From Promethearchaeota archaeon (GTDB taxonomy: Archaea; Asgardarchaeota; Lokiarchaeia; Sigyniarchaeales; SOKP01): a DNA stretch of 40,263 nt. The position numbers and the translations under genes are program-made. Positions 30,799 through 40,263 of this stretch are shown in pieces. Each line of letters opens with the position of its first letter. Position 1 is the stretch's first letter. The notes below the pieces were generated by a model. It was not told the DNA's origin, made no database searches, and worked only from the letters and a program-made list of their open reading frames with translations. The stretch spans positions 1 through 40,263 of the forward strand of contig JAGXNO010000036.1 in assembly GCA_019894975.1 (NCBI GenBank). The letters are read 5' to 3'.

Positions 30799-33700
30799 AT
30801 GATTAAGACGAAACAAAAATTTAAACATAGAATAACAGCTATATTTCTATTGATACTTACTATAAGTACAGTTCTTTTTGCTGTTCCGTTAATGTCTAAT
30901 AATTCACAAAATTTTTCTGGGGGAGATAGTGGAGATGGTTTTATTCCCCCAACGCTAAATAATGGTTTTGGTGAAGATCCTTGGTGGAATGTATCCTATC
31001 GTTGGAGATTATGCATTAATGTGACTAATACTGGAAATTTCAACCTAACGGATAACTATATCAGTATAGAATTTGATTATGCTAATTTAAGAGATAACTA
31101 CGACATGGATCCAGACCTATATGATGTGAGAATCGTTGAAAATTATATCGTGAGGAATTATTATGTAAAAAAAGATTTTCCTAATACAAATACTGCAACG
31201 ATTTGGTTTGAGACAAATTCCACAGTTGGAGCATCTGAATATGATACATATATGTACTGGGGAAATGCATCAATTAACTATCGTGGAAATAGCTATGTTA
31301 GTTTTGATCCTTCAGGAACCAGTTGGTGGAGTTTTGAAGAAGGATCTGGAGGTTACGGTTCTAATGCTTTAGATTCATTGGATTATGCTAATGCTACTCT
31401 TTGGGGTACAAGTGGTAGCTATTCTCCTGATTATGATGGGGATGCTGCTGTTGGCTCATACTCACTAAGGTTTGACGGTAGTCATGATTTTTTGTATATA
31501 AATGACGAGATGCATTTCACTAATGCTAATGAAATTCCCGCAGTTACAGTTACTTGCTGGTTTAAAACTTCTTTTTCAAGTACTGGTGATTGGGATAACT
31601 GGGCTTTTTTAGATTTTGATAGATCAGAGTATTTTAACTTTTTCCTTACAGGTAATGGAAGAATTGGTTTTGCAAGTTCAGCGAATGGATACAGCGGGCA
31701 AAACGACTTCTTTGGCAGTACTACAGGGTTAAATGATGATCAATGGCACTTTGCTGCCATCGTATATGATGGTTCAGACAAGATAATATATATCGATGAT
31801 GGAGTAGAAGATGCAAGATGGGTAAATGCTATGAATGGACTTGCTTTTGGAACAAACATAGATAGATGGGGATTTATAGGGGATGGTTCTGAAGCTTTAG
31901 CTGAAAACGGAGGTAGAAATAGTTTTTATTATGATGGAAATCTTGACGAACTTCGATACTTTGATTATGCTGTTGCTCCCGACGAGTTGGAATGGTTAGC
32001 AAACTATCAACCAATTGAAACAGATTTATTACCAGTCACCGAGAGAGCTGCAAGTGTCACAATTACCATTGAAGATGTTGATGGTAGATTAGTTCCAGGG
32101 GCAGAAGTTTCATTATGGCATAATTTAACACATATCTTAGAAGTCGATAGCACAACCTATACTGATTTAACATCATCTGATGGCACTGTATCCTTTGCGA
32201 ATGTTCCTTTTGGATTTTATAATATTTCTGTCAATTATACCCTAGTTTCAGGTTTATATGAAGAAGTTGTCTATGATGGTAGAAGCCAACCAGGAGAAGA
32301 AGTTGAGTTCAAGGGATTAGTGGTTTCAACTACTATACAAGCGAATTTATGGACAATTGATTTCGAAGTAGATGACTGGGATGGGGATCCACTAAATTAT
32401 GGATACGTAGAAGTAAGCGCAGGTAGTAGTGAAATCTTAGAGTCACTTACATTGGATTCTGATGGTGAATCTACTTTTAGATGGTTAAACCGTACAAGTT
32501 ATAATTATACAGTATATTATGATAATTCCGATTATACAATACAGAATCCAACTCCATTAAATTCAAGCACTATTGTGCGTACGGGTCCGATGATTTATCA
32601 AGAGTACATACAGACTGACTTATCTAAGTTGGAAATAATAGTCCTTGATAATACAGAAACCGTCTTAGTACAAGGAGCGACTGTTAGATTAACAATCAAT
32701 GGTACAAACGATAAAGTTACAGAATTGAAGACAAATGAAAATGGTACCGCCTATGGTCGAACTAATGATGAAGTGTTGTTTTGGTATAAAACAGGTGAGG
32801 TATATAACATAACGCTATGGATAGCAAGTGTAAATTATTGGTTTAAAATAAATTATTCAGATCAGTATTATGATCCCTTAGCAGTTCCTCAACCAGAATA
32901 TAACTATACTTTAAATAGCGCTTCTACGCTCATTTTAGAGATTGCATTAAATTTTCAAGATTATATAACTAGATTTCAGAATGCAAGTCTCATTGCTGAT
33001 ACAGCTGTAACATGGGGTGATATGATGAGTTTTTCTATCAATTATACAACTTCGGATGATGCAGAAGTGGGACCTTGGACAGGAGATGATGGAGTTGGCA
33101 GTACCGTTACATGCACTATAAAAAGTACTGCATTTGGGAATCCTGTTGTTTATCAAGACTTAATGAGTTTTATAGGGAATGGGAATTATTCTATTACTAT
33201 AGATTCTGGTCTTCTTTCAGCTGGAGATAATGGTAAATCATACATAGTTGTGATATCTGGAGAGAAGGGAGCTTATCGTAAAGCACAGGATGAAACTTTC
33301 ATTATCAATATCAATACAATGGCAACTGGAATAAGTTTGCATAATTATACCTCAATGCCAGATGAGTTGAGTAATAATGAAGTATCTCAGTATTATAATG
33401 AACTTATCAATGTGACTGTAAAATATTACGATTTTGATACAAATAATTCGTTAATGGCTGACGTATTCACATACGACTGGGATTATGGAAGTGGTTCTGT
33501 TAATCTTGATCCTCTAAATCCTGGGTATTATACTTTTGAAATTGATACTTCCGCTGCGACCAACGTAGGTAAATATCTCATTGAAATTACAGCTGGACTT
33601 GAGAACCATACTAAAATTGATGGTTTTGGATTTTTTATCAACATTCTTTCAAGACCTACTAAATTAAACGGTTCTGCAGGTATTTCATATGTTTCTGAAG

Positions 33701-34650
33701 ATATTTTCATTTTTGAAGCAATTAATTTTATATTCAGTTATGAAGATACTATGAGTTCAACTGCAATTTCAGATTTGGATGAAATGAGTTATCTATTACA
33801 AATGCTTGATGAAGATGGTGACCCTATTTCTGGAGCTTCTGAATCCGGTTCTCTAACTGAAACCATTGGTTCAGAGTACTTGTTAGATCTTGATACAGAG
33901 ACAAGATTAGATGGTGAATATTCAATCATAGTAACTTTAGATAAGCTTAATTATGAGCATCGAATCGCAATAATCTCACTAACTATTAAAAAGAGAATAT
34001 TTCAAATTCAATGGCCAAGCGAGTTTAAAGGAACAAAAGTCGAGGTTGAGTCAGGAGCACCTTTACGGTTTACATTAGCACTTTCTGATCCAAATAATGG
34101 TTCAGTACCCGTAATAGGGGCGACTCTTTATATTACCTTTAAAGGTACTGACCATTATTTTACACCCAACGGAGATGGAACATATGATATAGATATTTCT
34201 AAGATTGCTGACGCTTTCTTTGTACCTTCAACATTCACCGCAACACTTACAATTGAGAAACAATATTTCTCTACGGTTTCAGCGACAATAACAGTTGTGG
34301 TTAACATGCATGAAACATTCGGTTTCCCAACGTTTTACTTATTAATGATTGTAGGAGCAGTTGTTGCTGTAACAGCAAGTTTGGCTATATATAGAACAGT
34401 GCAACAAGCTAGAATCCCTACTTTCGTTAAAAAAGCGAGAAAAATGAAGAAGGACATTAAGAGTAAAAAGACCATTTCAGAATCTCTTTTATATCCTTCA
34501 AAGGAAGAATTTCTTGTAAAACAATTAGGAGACAGATGGGATTTGCTTGGATTGTCAATGCAAGATGTTTTAGGGATTGAGGGTAAGAAAAAGAAAACCT
34601 TACCAGAAACCCCAGGAAAAATTAAACAAACTAAAGGAGGTAAAGAATAA
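30799..34650 (+). CDS. Giant single-pass cell-surface glycoprotein 2 (DUF2341-like domain, LamG/ConA-like domain, beta-sandwich stalk, C-terminal TM and basic tail)
   Basis: Signal-like N-terminus, WWNVSYRWR...DVRIVEN, LamG motifs WSFEEGSG, SLRFDG, CWFK, WHFAAIVYDG, GNLDELRYF; TM FYLLMIVGAVVAVTASLAIY; tail QQARIPTFVKKARK. Confidence 0.8.
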   Translation: MIKTKQKFKHRITAIFLLILTISTVLFAVPLMSNNSQNFSGGDSGDGFIPPTLNNGFGEDPWWNVSYRWRLCINVTNTGNFNLTDNYISIEFDYANLRDNYDMDPDLYDVRIVENYIVRNYYVKKDFPNTNTATIWFETNSTVGASEYDTYMYWGNASINYRGNSYVSFDPSGTSWWSFEEGSGGYGSNALDSLDYANATLWGTSGSYSPDYDGDAAVGSYSLRFDGSHDFLYINDEMHFTNANEIPAVTVTCWFKTSFSSTGDWDNWAFLDFDRSEYFNFFLTGNGRIGFASSANGYSGQNDFFGSTTGLNDDQWHFAAIVYDGSDKIIYIDDGVEDARWVNAMNGLAFGTNIDRWGFIGDGSEALAENGGRNSFYYDGNLDELRYFDYAVAPDELEWLANYQPIETDLLPVTERAASVTITIEDVDGRLVPGAEVSLWHNLTHILEVDSTTYTDLTSSDGTVSFANVPFGFYNISVNYTLVSGLYEEVVYDGRSQPGEEVEFKGLVVSTTIQANLWTIDFEVDDWDGDPLNYGYVEVSAGSSEILESLTLDSDGESTFRWLNRTSYNYTVYYDNSDYTIQNPTPLNSSTIVRTGPMIYQEYIQTDLSKLEIIVLDNTETVLVQGATVRLTINGTNDKVTELKTNENGTAYGRTNDEVLFWYKTGEVYNITLWIASVNYWFKINYSDQYYDPLAVPQPEYNYTLNSASTLILEIALNFQDYITRFQNASLIADTAVTWGDMMSFSINYTTSDDAEVGPWTGDDGVGSTVTCTIKSTAFGNPVVYQDLMSFIGNGNYSITIDSGLLSAGDNGKSYIVVISGEKGAYRKAQDETFIININTMATGISLHNYTSMPDELSNNEVSQYYNELINVTVKYYDFDTNNSLMADVFTYDWDYGSGSVNLDPLNPGYYTFEIDTSAATNVGKYLIEITAGLENHTKIDGFGFFINILSRPTKLNGSAGISYVSEDIFIFEAINFIFSYEDTMSSTAISDLDEMSYLLQMLDEDGDPISGASESGSLTETIGSEYLLDLDTETRLDGEYSIIVTLDKLNYEHRIAIISLTIKKRIFQIQWPSEFKGTKVEVESGAPLRFTLALSDPNNGSVPVIGATLYITFKGTDHYFTPNGDGTYDIDISKIADAFFVPSTFTATLTIEKQYFSTVSATITVVVNMHETFGFPTFYLLMIVGAVVAVTASLAIYRTVQQARIPTFVKKARKMKKDIKSKKTISESLLYPSKEEFLVKQLGDRWDLLGLSMQDVLGIEGKKKKTLPETPGKIKQTKGGKE

Positions 34651-35766
34651 ATGCCAATTGGATTGGTTATAATGAGATGGGATGATAGGGCTGGAACAGA
34701 AATCCTATCGAAATATCCTGAGGAGATCGTTCTAACAGAAAAAACGCTTATGCAAGTATATAGTACGCATGAATATAGCGGTGAATCAGGAATGATAAGT
34801 CTAATGATAGGATCCTTAAATATTGCATCTTATTACACAGGACCAGATAAAAACTTCTATATCCTCCTACTTTTAAATCTTGATGATGATCCAGATGCGT
34901 ATGAAGAAGGATTGATTGATATTTCGAGGATAATTCTCTCAAATTTTGAAGATGATGCATTTCTACAAATGATCCCTTCCTTATTCCGACGATTATCTGT
35001 ATACCCAACATTAAGTACTGAACAACGCCTTGCATTAACTTATCAAGATGAAATAAAACGAATGATAATTAATCGTTTAAGAGATGAAGGTGTAGTTTCT
35101 AAATCCGAACTGATGATATGGTTAAAAGATAGATATAAACAAGGATTTGTTGACGTTGAGGGTGTTCTAATGGAGCTCATTAAACGTGAAGTCGTCAAAG
35201 AAGCATCAGTTAAGGGTATGCCTTCTGAATTAATTTTCTTGATAAAAGACATTGTACTTATGCGAGTACCACCGGCTACTATTTTAGGAGATCCCGCAGA
35301 CAGAGGTTTACCCTCTCAACTTGTTGAAAATTACAAAACTGATGTTCGTAGATACTTTCAAAACTATCAACCTACAGAAGCAGACAATCTTAGAGTATTA
35401 GATGTTCTTACAAATCCACAAGTTTATGAAACGATACGATTATTAAGAACTGCGGTTGTCACTAAGAATGATCTAGAAAAACTTAGAAAGAAAGGAGTAG
35501 AAGATCTCGATGATGTATTGAAGATGCTTTGGGATACTCAAATAATACAGGTCTTTCAAGATGAAAGAGGAAATGAGTATTATGCGCTTCTTTCAGATTT
35601 TCATTTAGAACTAATGTTCCCAAAATACCTCATGAATGTTATCAAAACCGTGTATGACCAAAAATCAAAAGCAGATCAGGTATTAATTGAATATTTGACA
35701 GTTCTTGAAAATACTTACACAAATTTAAAAGCAACACAAAAAGAAGCAGCTAAAGCTAAGGATTAA
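34651..35766 (+). CDS. Longin/uDENN-like + two winged-helix protein (NPRL2-like architecture), copy B
   Basis: Full-length paralogue of 28088-29200; ATG directly follows the upstream TAA; GGAGGT at 34636-34641. Confidence 0.55.
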   Translation: MPIGLVIMRWDDRAGTEILSKYPEEIVLTEKTLMQVYSTHEYSGESGMISLMIGSLNIASYYTGPDKNFYILLLLNLDDDPDAYEEGLIDISRIILSNFEDDAFLQMIPSLFRRLSVYPTLSTEQRLALTYQDEIKRMIINRLRDEGVVSKSELMIWLKDRYKQGFVDVEGVLMELIKREVVKEASVKGMPSELIFLIKDIVLMRVPPATILGDPADRGLPSQLVENYKTDVRRYFQNYQPTEADNLRVLDVLTNPQVYETIRLLRTAVVTKNDLEKLRKKGVEDLDDVLKMLWDTQIIQVFQDERGNEYYALLSDFHLELMFPKYLMNVIKTVYDQKSKADQVLIEYLTVLENTYTNLKATQKEAAKAKD

Positions 35767-35770
35767 TAAA

Positions 35771-35805
35771 TTTTTATAATTTTTTTATTTTTTTTTTATC
35801 TTTTT
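35771..35805 (+). terminator. T-tract archaeal terminator
   Basis: Long T runs immediately after the stop codon. Confidence 0.55.
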
Positions 35806-35884
35806 ATCGTATACATCAAAGAATTTTTGAATTGACTAATATTATTCTAACCTAGAACAATCAAAATATTGATGTGAAGTTAAA

Positions 35885-37216
35885 ATGGATAATAATTTTC
35901 CCAGTTGTGAAAAATATTTAGATACTCCAGAAGCCATTGGTTTGGATGGTATAGATTTGGAGAAATATATTATAGCCAGTTACATCATAAAACGCCCAAA
36001 AGGACAAAATGTAAATTATCTCTCTAGATTCGCTGCAATTGAACAATCGACAGGAACATGGGTACGAGTTCCTGCTGAGACTGAAGAAGTTAGAAAACAT
36101 CATGTAGCAAGAGTGCTTGGAGTGTATGAACTACCTCATTTAGAATATGAGATACCTAAAGATGTAAAGGAACGAATTTATTTTGTACAAATCGGATTTC
36201 CTATTATTAATATTCAAGGAATGGGAATACCAATGCTTCTTACAAGTGTAATTGGAAATATTAGTATTACACATGGATTAAAATTAGTGGATCTGGCATT
36301 CCCAAAGGCTTGGTTAGAAGAGTATAAAGGACCTAAGTTTGGGATCGATGGGTTACGAAAACTTTTGAATGTACCAGAACGCCCTCTATTAAATAATATG
36401 GTGAAACCTTGTACAGGTCATACTGCCGATGTTGCAGCAGATCTAGTATATCAAGCTGCCGTTGGGGGATGTGATGTTGTAAAAGATGATGAATTAATAT
36501 CAAATCCTTCTTTTAATACGCTAGAAGAAAGAATTGTGAAAGTCATGGAAGCTGTTGATAAAGCAGACTCAGAAAAAGGAGAAAAAACTTTGTACACCAT
36601 AAATATTACCACCAAATTCCCAGAAATGTTCGAATACGCTGATAAAATGATAGAATTGGGTGCCAATGCTTTGATGATAAATTATTTAACTACTGGATTT
36701 GAAGCTCTAAGACAAATTGCGGAAGATCCTTCAATAAAAGTACCTATTTTAGGACATATGGATTTTGGGGGAACTTACTTTGGGGGTATGTGGACAGGAA
36801 TGACTAGTATGCTAATATTTGCTAAATTACCAAGAATTTGTGGAGCTGATACAGTTGTAATCCCTGCACCTTATGGAAAAGCTGAGATTTTAGATGAGAG
36901 ATATGAACAGAACCTTAAAGCGCTTCGATTTCCATTTCAACATATTAGACCAACACTACCAATGCCGAGTGGAGGGATAACTCCCGGTATGGTTGAAAAA
37001 TGTATGAAAGAAGCAGGCAATGATATTTTAATTGGTAGTGGTGGGGGCATTCATAGCCATCCTGACGGACCCACATCTGGAGCTAAAGCGTTTAGACAAG
37101 CAATTGATGCTGTTATGCAAGGCAAAAATGTAAAGCAAGTTGCTAAAGAACAAAAAGAATTAGGAATCGCACTTGGAGTATGGGGAAGTGGTAAAACCGC
37201 CTTAATAGAAGATTAA
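35885..37216 (+). CDS. RuBisCO-like protein (form IV)
   Basis: AIEQSTGTW, GPKFGIDG, VKP, DVVKDDE, PSGG, GGGIHSHPDG; KPK reads KPC and HR reads HM, so carboxylase residues are missing. Confidence 0.85.
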   Translation: MDNNFPSCEKYLDTPEAIGLDGIDLEKYIIASYIIKRPKGQNVNYLSRFAAIEQSTGTWVRVPAETEEVRKHHVARVLGVYELPHLEYEIPKDVKERIYFVQIGFPIINIQGMGIPMLLTSVIGNISITHGLKLVDLAFPKAWLEEYKGPKFGIDGLRKLLNVPERPLLNNMVKPCTGHTADVAADLVYQAAVGGCDVVKDDELISNPSFNTLEERIVKVMEAVDKADSEKGEKTLYTINITTKFPEMFEYADKMIELGANALMINYLTTGFEALRQIAEDPSIKVPILGHMDFGGTYFGGMWTGMTSMLIFAKLPRICGADTVVIPAPYGKAEILDERYEQNLKALRFPFQHIRPTLPMPSGGITPGMVEKCMKEAGNDILIGSGGGIHSHPDGPTSGAKAFRQAIDAVMQGKNVKQVAKEQKELGIALGVWGSGKTALIED

Positions 37217-37301
37217 CCTTTTTTTATTTTTATTCTATTTTTATAGAAGAATCATGCATAAGAACTCTCAAACTTGGATTAAAATCATTTTTTTTAATAC
37301 T

Positions 37302-38192
37302 TTAAACGATTTCATTTCCTCTTAAATCTAAGTATTTGAGATTAGGCATTTTATTGAAGTATTCAAGGTTTTCATGATTACTGATTCTGTTGTTTTTTAA
37401 AATCAAATGAGTCACATTGGGTAGCAAGGTTAATTCTTTGAGTTCCGTAATCTCATTATTCGAGAGATCAAGATAGCACATAGAAGTTAAATATTGAATT
37501 CCAAGTATTTCAGAGAGAGAATTAATATTATTTTTCCAACCCCAGGGTGTCCCCTTTACTTCATACTCTATGTCGGAGAGATCTAATTTTTTAATTAGGC
37601 CATTGTGTGGATTTAATTCATAATACACATTATAATATTGTTTGAATAGACTGGAAATAGTTAAAATATTTATTAAAATTTTAGCTAACTCATCATAAGT
37701 GAATTCTGCATAACCTTTTTCCTTTAGTAATTTCTTCAATACTTTTTTGATTTTTTTATTTTCAATTTTTCTTTCTGTGTTCACGTATTTCTTTTTAAGA
37801 AATTTTTGAACTTCATTAATCAACAATGCTTTAGCTTGGGCAAGATTTGATTTCCCTAATAGATTTACTATTTCAATTAGGCAATTATAATCACTTTCAT
37901 TTTGAATTGCCCACTTCAATAGAGTAAAAGCATTATTTAAGTATTTATCTCCAATGTGTTTTATTGCTATATATCGAATTTCAATATTTTCGTCTGAAAC
38001 TACCAAATTTTCTAGAATTTTAAAGATTTTATCTCCTGAAGGGTTAATTTTAACTAATTTATTAATAGCATTTAATCTGATCTCGTCCTTTTTACTGTTT
38101 TCAATTAAAGATGTTAATAAATCTGTAGCAGTTTGTTTATTAATTCTTTCGCTTTCAAATTTTTCCCAAATTTTTTCAGGACCAAATTGCAT
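37302..38192 (-). CDS. HEAT-repeat + leucine-rich-repeat protein
   Basis: EIRLNAINKL / EIRYIAIKHI HEAT-like units; LxxLDLSxNxI repeats (YLDLSNNEI, HLILKNNRI, YLDLRGNEI). Confidence 0.75.
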   Translation of the reverse strand: MQFGPEKIWEKFESERINKQTATDLLTSLIENSKKDEIRLNAINKLVKINPSGDKIFKILENLVVSDENIEIRYIAIKHIGDKYLNNAFTLLKWAIQNESDYNCLIEIVNLLGKSNLAQAKALLINEVQKFLKKKYVNTERKIENKKIKKVLKKLLKEKGYAEFTYDELAKILINILTISSLFKQYYNVYYELNPHNGLIKKLDLSDIEYEVKGTPWGWKNNINSLSEILGIQYLTSMCYLDLSNNEITELKELTLLPNVTHLILKNNRISNHENLEYFNKMPNLKYLDLRGNEIV

Positions 38193-38334
38193 TATGAATT
38201 ATAAATCTTGCTTGGAATTATTTATTTTTTAATTGTATTTTTTACCCATTGTAAAGATAATTCAATATTACTAAAAGAAATAGTTATAAATACTTTAGAT
38301 TTTATTATTCTCCTAATTTGTACAGAGGTGTTAT

Positions 38335-40263
38335 ATGAATAGAAAATATATTATCTTTGAATTTCTGGTCGGTTTGATTATTTTCTCAATGATTATAAAT
38401 CATATCCCAAAAAATTATTCCTCAAACGGAGTTCTTTCCCCGAGTGACGGAGGTTTTTCTTTTTCAGGAGATTATGAAGGTGATCTTTCAATAATGTATT
38501 TCGAAGAAAATTGGACTTTTTCAACTTGGACTAACCAAAATTCAAGCACAAACATTATCAATTATAATGCTTCCTATTGGGATCAAGAATATAAAGCGAG
38601 AAGTTTAGATATAAGAGCAGGTAATTTATATAATTATTCGGGAATTGGACTTCATACCATTGCGAATAATACGTCTGAACAAATAAGTCTAACTCCTTCT
38701 CTTGCATTTGCTCAAGAATTTACAGCACCAGCACTAAGTGAAATAAGTGAAATTATGATTTATTTAGATTTTGTCAGTATCTTAAATAGATATTATGATA
38801 TCTTTATTTTTGATGAAAATTTAGAAGAACAAATTGCGTGGGGTTTTACTTATGACCCTCGAGTATTTGTAGACGAGTGGGTTTCTATCTATCCTGGATC
38901 AAATGTTTTACTCCCTGGTGAGAAATACAATATAGTTCTACGGGTTTGGTATTCGCTTGGAGGTTACAATTCGACATTCGATTATTGGAAAGCTGAAAAT
39001 TATTCAAGTCCCATTTATAATAAAGGAATTACAAGACAGTCTCTGGACGGTGTTAATTGGACCACAGTATCAGACGATAACACTTTAGATATGTTATGTA
39101 CTTTTTCTTATACAAAATTAATAGATCCCATGGATATCGATCTTAAGTTCATAATTAATGATGAAATCATAATTCCTACTTATCAAATAACTCCTTGGGG
39201 CTTTGCGGGTTATGAGGCATTTACATCATTTACTTTTAATGCACCCTTAACTAATGATATAAATTTAACGATATCAAGCAACCAAACCATACCAACTCTT
39301 GATATTGAAATTGTTACTTATTATTTCATGCTTATTAATGGGAGTGGGACATATAGCGCTGATGAAAATCGCATAGAGTGGACAATTACTTATCCTTATG
39401 AAGAGATTTCTTTTGGATGGCCACCTCCTATATTCCTTTTTGAAAAAGATTGGAGTTTTATCGATTTTTTTGATCCAGATGATATCGAATTGAGTGATGT
39501 ATACTTTGGGCCTATTGATTTTTATAATAAATCTTTTTATGGTATAACGATCTTCTTTGGACCACCTTTGGAGGAAGGCAATTACACCGGAATATTTCAA
39601 TCCCCAAGTTATTGCCATTCGATTATCACTAAAGTGAAACAAGGAAATGATTTTGTAACTAAACCCTCTTTACAATTGGGACAAACGGTTAAAGTTGAAG
39701 CAGGGATAACTAATCCTTTTAATAATCCTGTTTCTGGTGGTATTGGTCAAATAGTTTTATATTCTCCGTCGGGTGAAGTAATTCATAATGAGACAGGATT
39801 AACCTCCGTCAATGGAACGATGAGTAGCTCTGAAATATCATTGTCTTCAGGAATTAAAGAAGGTACTTATGAAACCAAGGTTTTTTGGACAAACGGGAGA
39901 GAAGCTGCGATTTATTCTATGAAGATCGTTATAAAAGCACCAGTTGATATAATCTTTTGGGTACTTTTATCTGTAGGTTTAGCACTCGTGTCAACTCCTG
40001 TCGCACTAGTTTCTCGAAAATATATTAGACAGAGGAATTGGCAAAAATCGTTAAAAAACTTGTTTGTTTTAACCAAAGATGGATTGAATATCTATGAATA
40101 TTCTTTTGGTATTGAAATTCAAGATCCTGCGCTTATTTCAGCTATGATTTCTGCTTTAACTAGCTTTGTTCGAGAAGCTACAGGTAGTAAAAAGGCGTTA
40201 CGTACAGTTGATCAAGAAGACAAAAAAGTAATCTTGAACCATGGTAATTACATTACTATTGCT
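38335..40263 (+). CDS. Single-pass membrane protein with large extracellular region and cytoplasmic longin/roadblock-like domain (3' partial; not in ORF track)
   Basis: Read by hand: 643 codons with no stop from ATG 38335 (GAGGTG at 38325-38330); signal-like MNRKYIIFEFLVGLIIFSMII; many sequons; TM IIFWVLLSVGLALVSTPVALVS then RKYIRQR; LFVLTKDGLNIYEYSF...DPALISAMISALTSFVRE. Confidence 0.8.
   Translation, partial: MNRKYIIFEFLVGLIIFSMIINHIPKNYSSNGVLSPSDGGFSFSGDYEGDLSIMYFEENWTFSTWTNQNSSTNIINYNASYWDQEYKARSLDIRAGNLYNYSGIGLHTIANNTSEQISLTPSLAFAQEFTAPALSEISEIMIYLDFVSILNRYYDIFIFDENLEEQIAWGFTYDPRVFVDEWVSIYPGSNVLLPGEKYNIVLRVWYSLGGYNSTFDYWKAENYSSPIYNKGITRQSLDGVNWTTVSDDNTLDMLCTFSYTKLIDPMDIDLKFIINDEIIIPTYQITPWGFAGYEAFTSFTFNAPLTNDINLTISSNQTIPTLDIEIVTYYFMLINGSGTYSADENRIEWTITYPYEEISFGWPPPIFLFEKDWSFIDFFDPDDIELSDVYFGPIDFYNKSFYGITIFFGPPLEEGNYTGIFQSPSYCHSIITKVKQGNDFVTKPSLQLGQTVKVEAGITNPFNNPVSGGIGQIVLYSPSGEVIHNETGLTSVNGTMSSSEISLSSGIKEGTYETKVFWTNGREAAIYSMKIVIKAPVDIIFWVLLSVGLALVSTPVALVSRKYIRQRNWQKSLKNLFVLTKDGLNIYEYSFGIEIQDPALISAMISALTSFVREATGSKKALRTVDQEDKKVILNHGNYITIA

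Noticed and set aside
23709-34650. Diversity-generating retroelement or invertible shufflon behind the variable heads
   Set aside because: No reverse transcriptase, recombinase or near-identical template repeats seen; the paralogues are well diverged in DNA
35885-37216. CO2-fixing RuBisCO
   Set aside because: Key carboxylase residues are substituted, and no AMP phosphorylase or R15P isomerase is adjacent

Overview
AT-rich archaeal chromosomal window, most consistent with an Asgard archaeon of the Lokiarchaeia/Promethearchaeota type. The supporting features are GGTGA/GGAGG ribosome-binding sites, T-tract terminators, eS25, three eukaryote-like small GTPases fused to longin/roadblock-type domains, and a Bud23-like methyltransferase. 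The left part (1-16 kb) is metabolic: DUF211, HAD phosphatase, ThpR, 2-hydroxyacid dehydrogenase, sulfatase, GH2 beta-galactosidase, ferredoxin-domain protein, ADP-forming acyl-CoA synthetase alpha, GPH-family MFS transporter and a class III aminotransferase. The middle holds two membrane left-handed beta-helix acyltransferases, a tandem metallophosphoesterase, a ubiquitin-like protein, a Rag-like GTPase, tRNA-Ser(CGA), eS25 and the Bud23-like methyltransferase. The most striking element is at 23.4-35.8 kb: a repeated two-gene cassette. A giant single-pass surface glycoprotein with a conserved scaffold and cytoplasmic tail but a swapped lectin-like head is translationally coupled to a ~370-aa longin + double winged-helix protein with NPRL2/GATOR1-like architecture. 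A longin-GTPase gene lies between the two copies and a remnant of a third copy lies upstream. A further single-pass protein with a cytoplasmic longin-like domain runs off the right edge. I interpret this as a candidate Asgard transmembrane receptor-to-small-GTPase signalling system (inference). Also present: a form IV RuBisCO-like protein, two genes that appear to need non-canonical ATA/ATT start codons, an unannotated 51-aa TRASH-like zinc finger, and several truncated genes. No CRISPR, IS or integrase was seen. All family calls are motif recognition by eye, not database searches.
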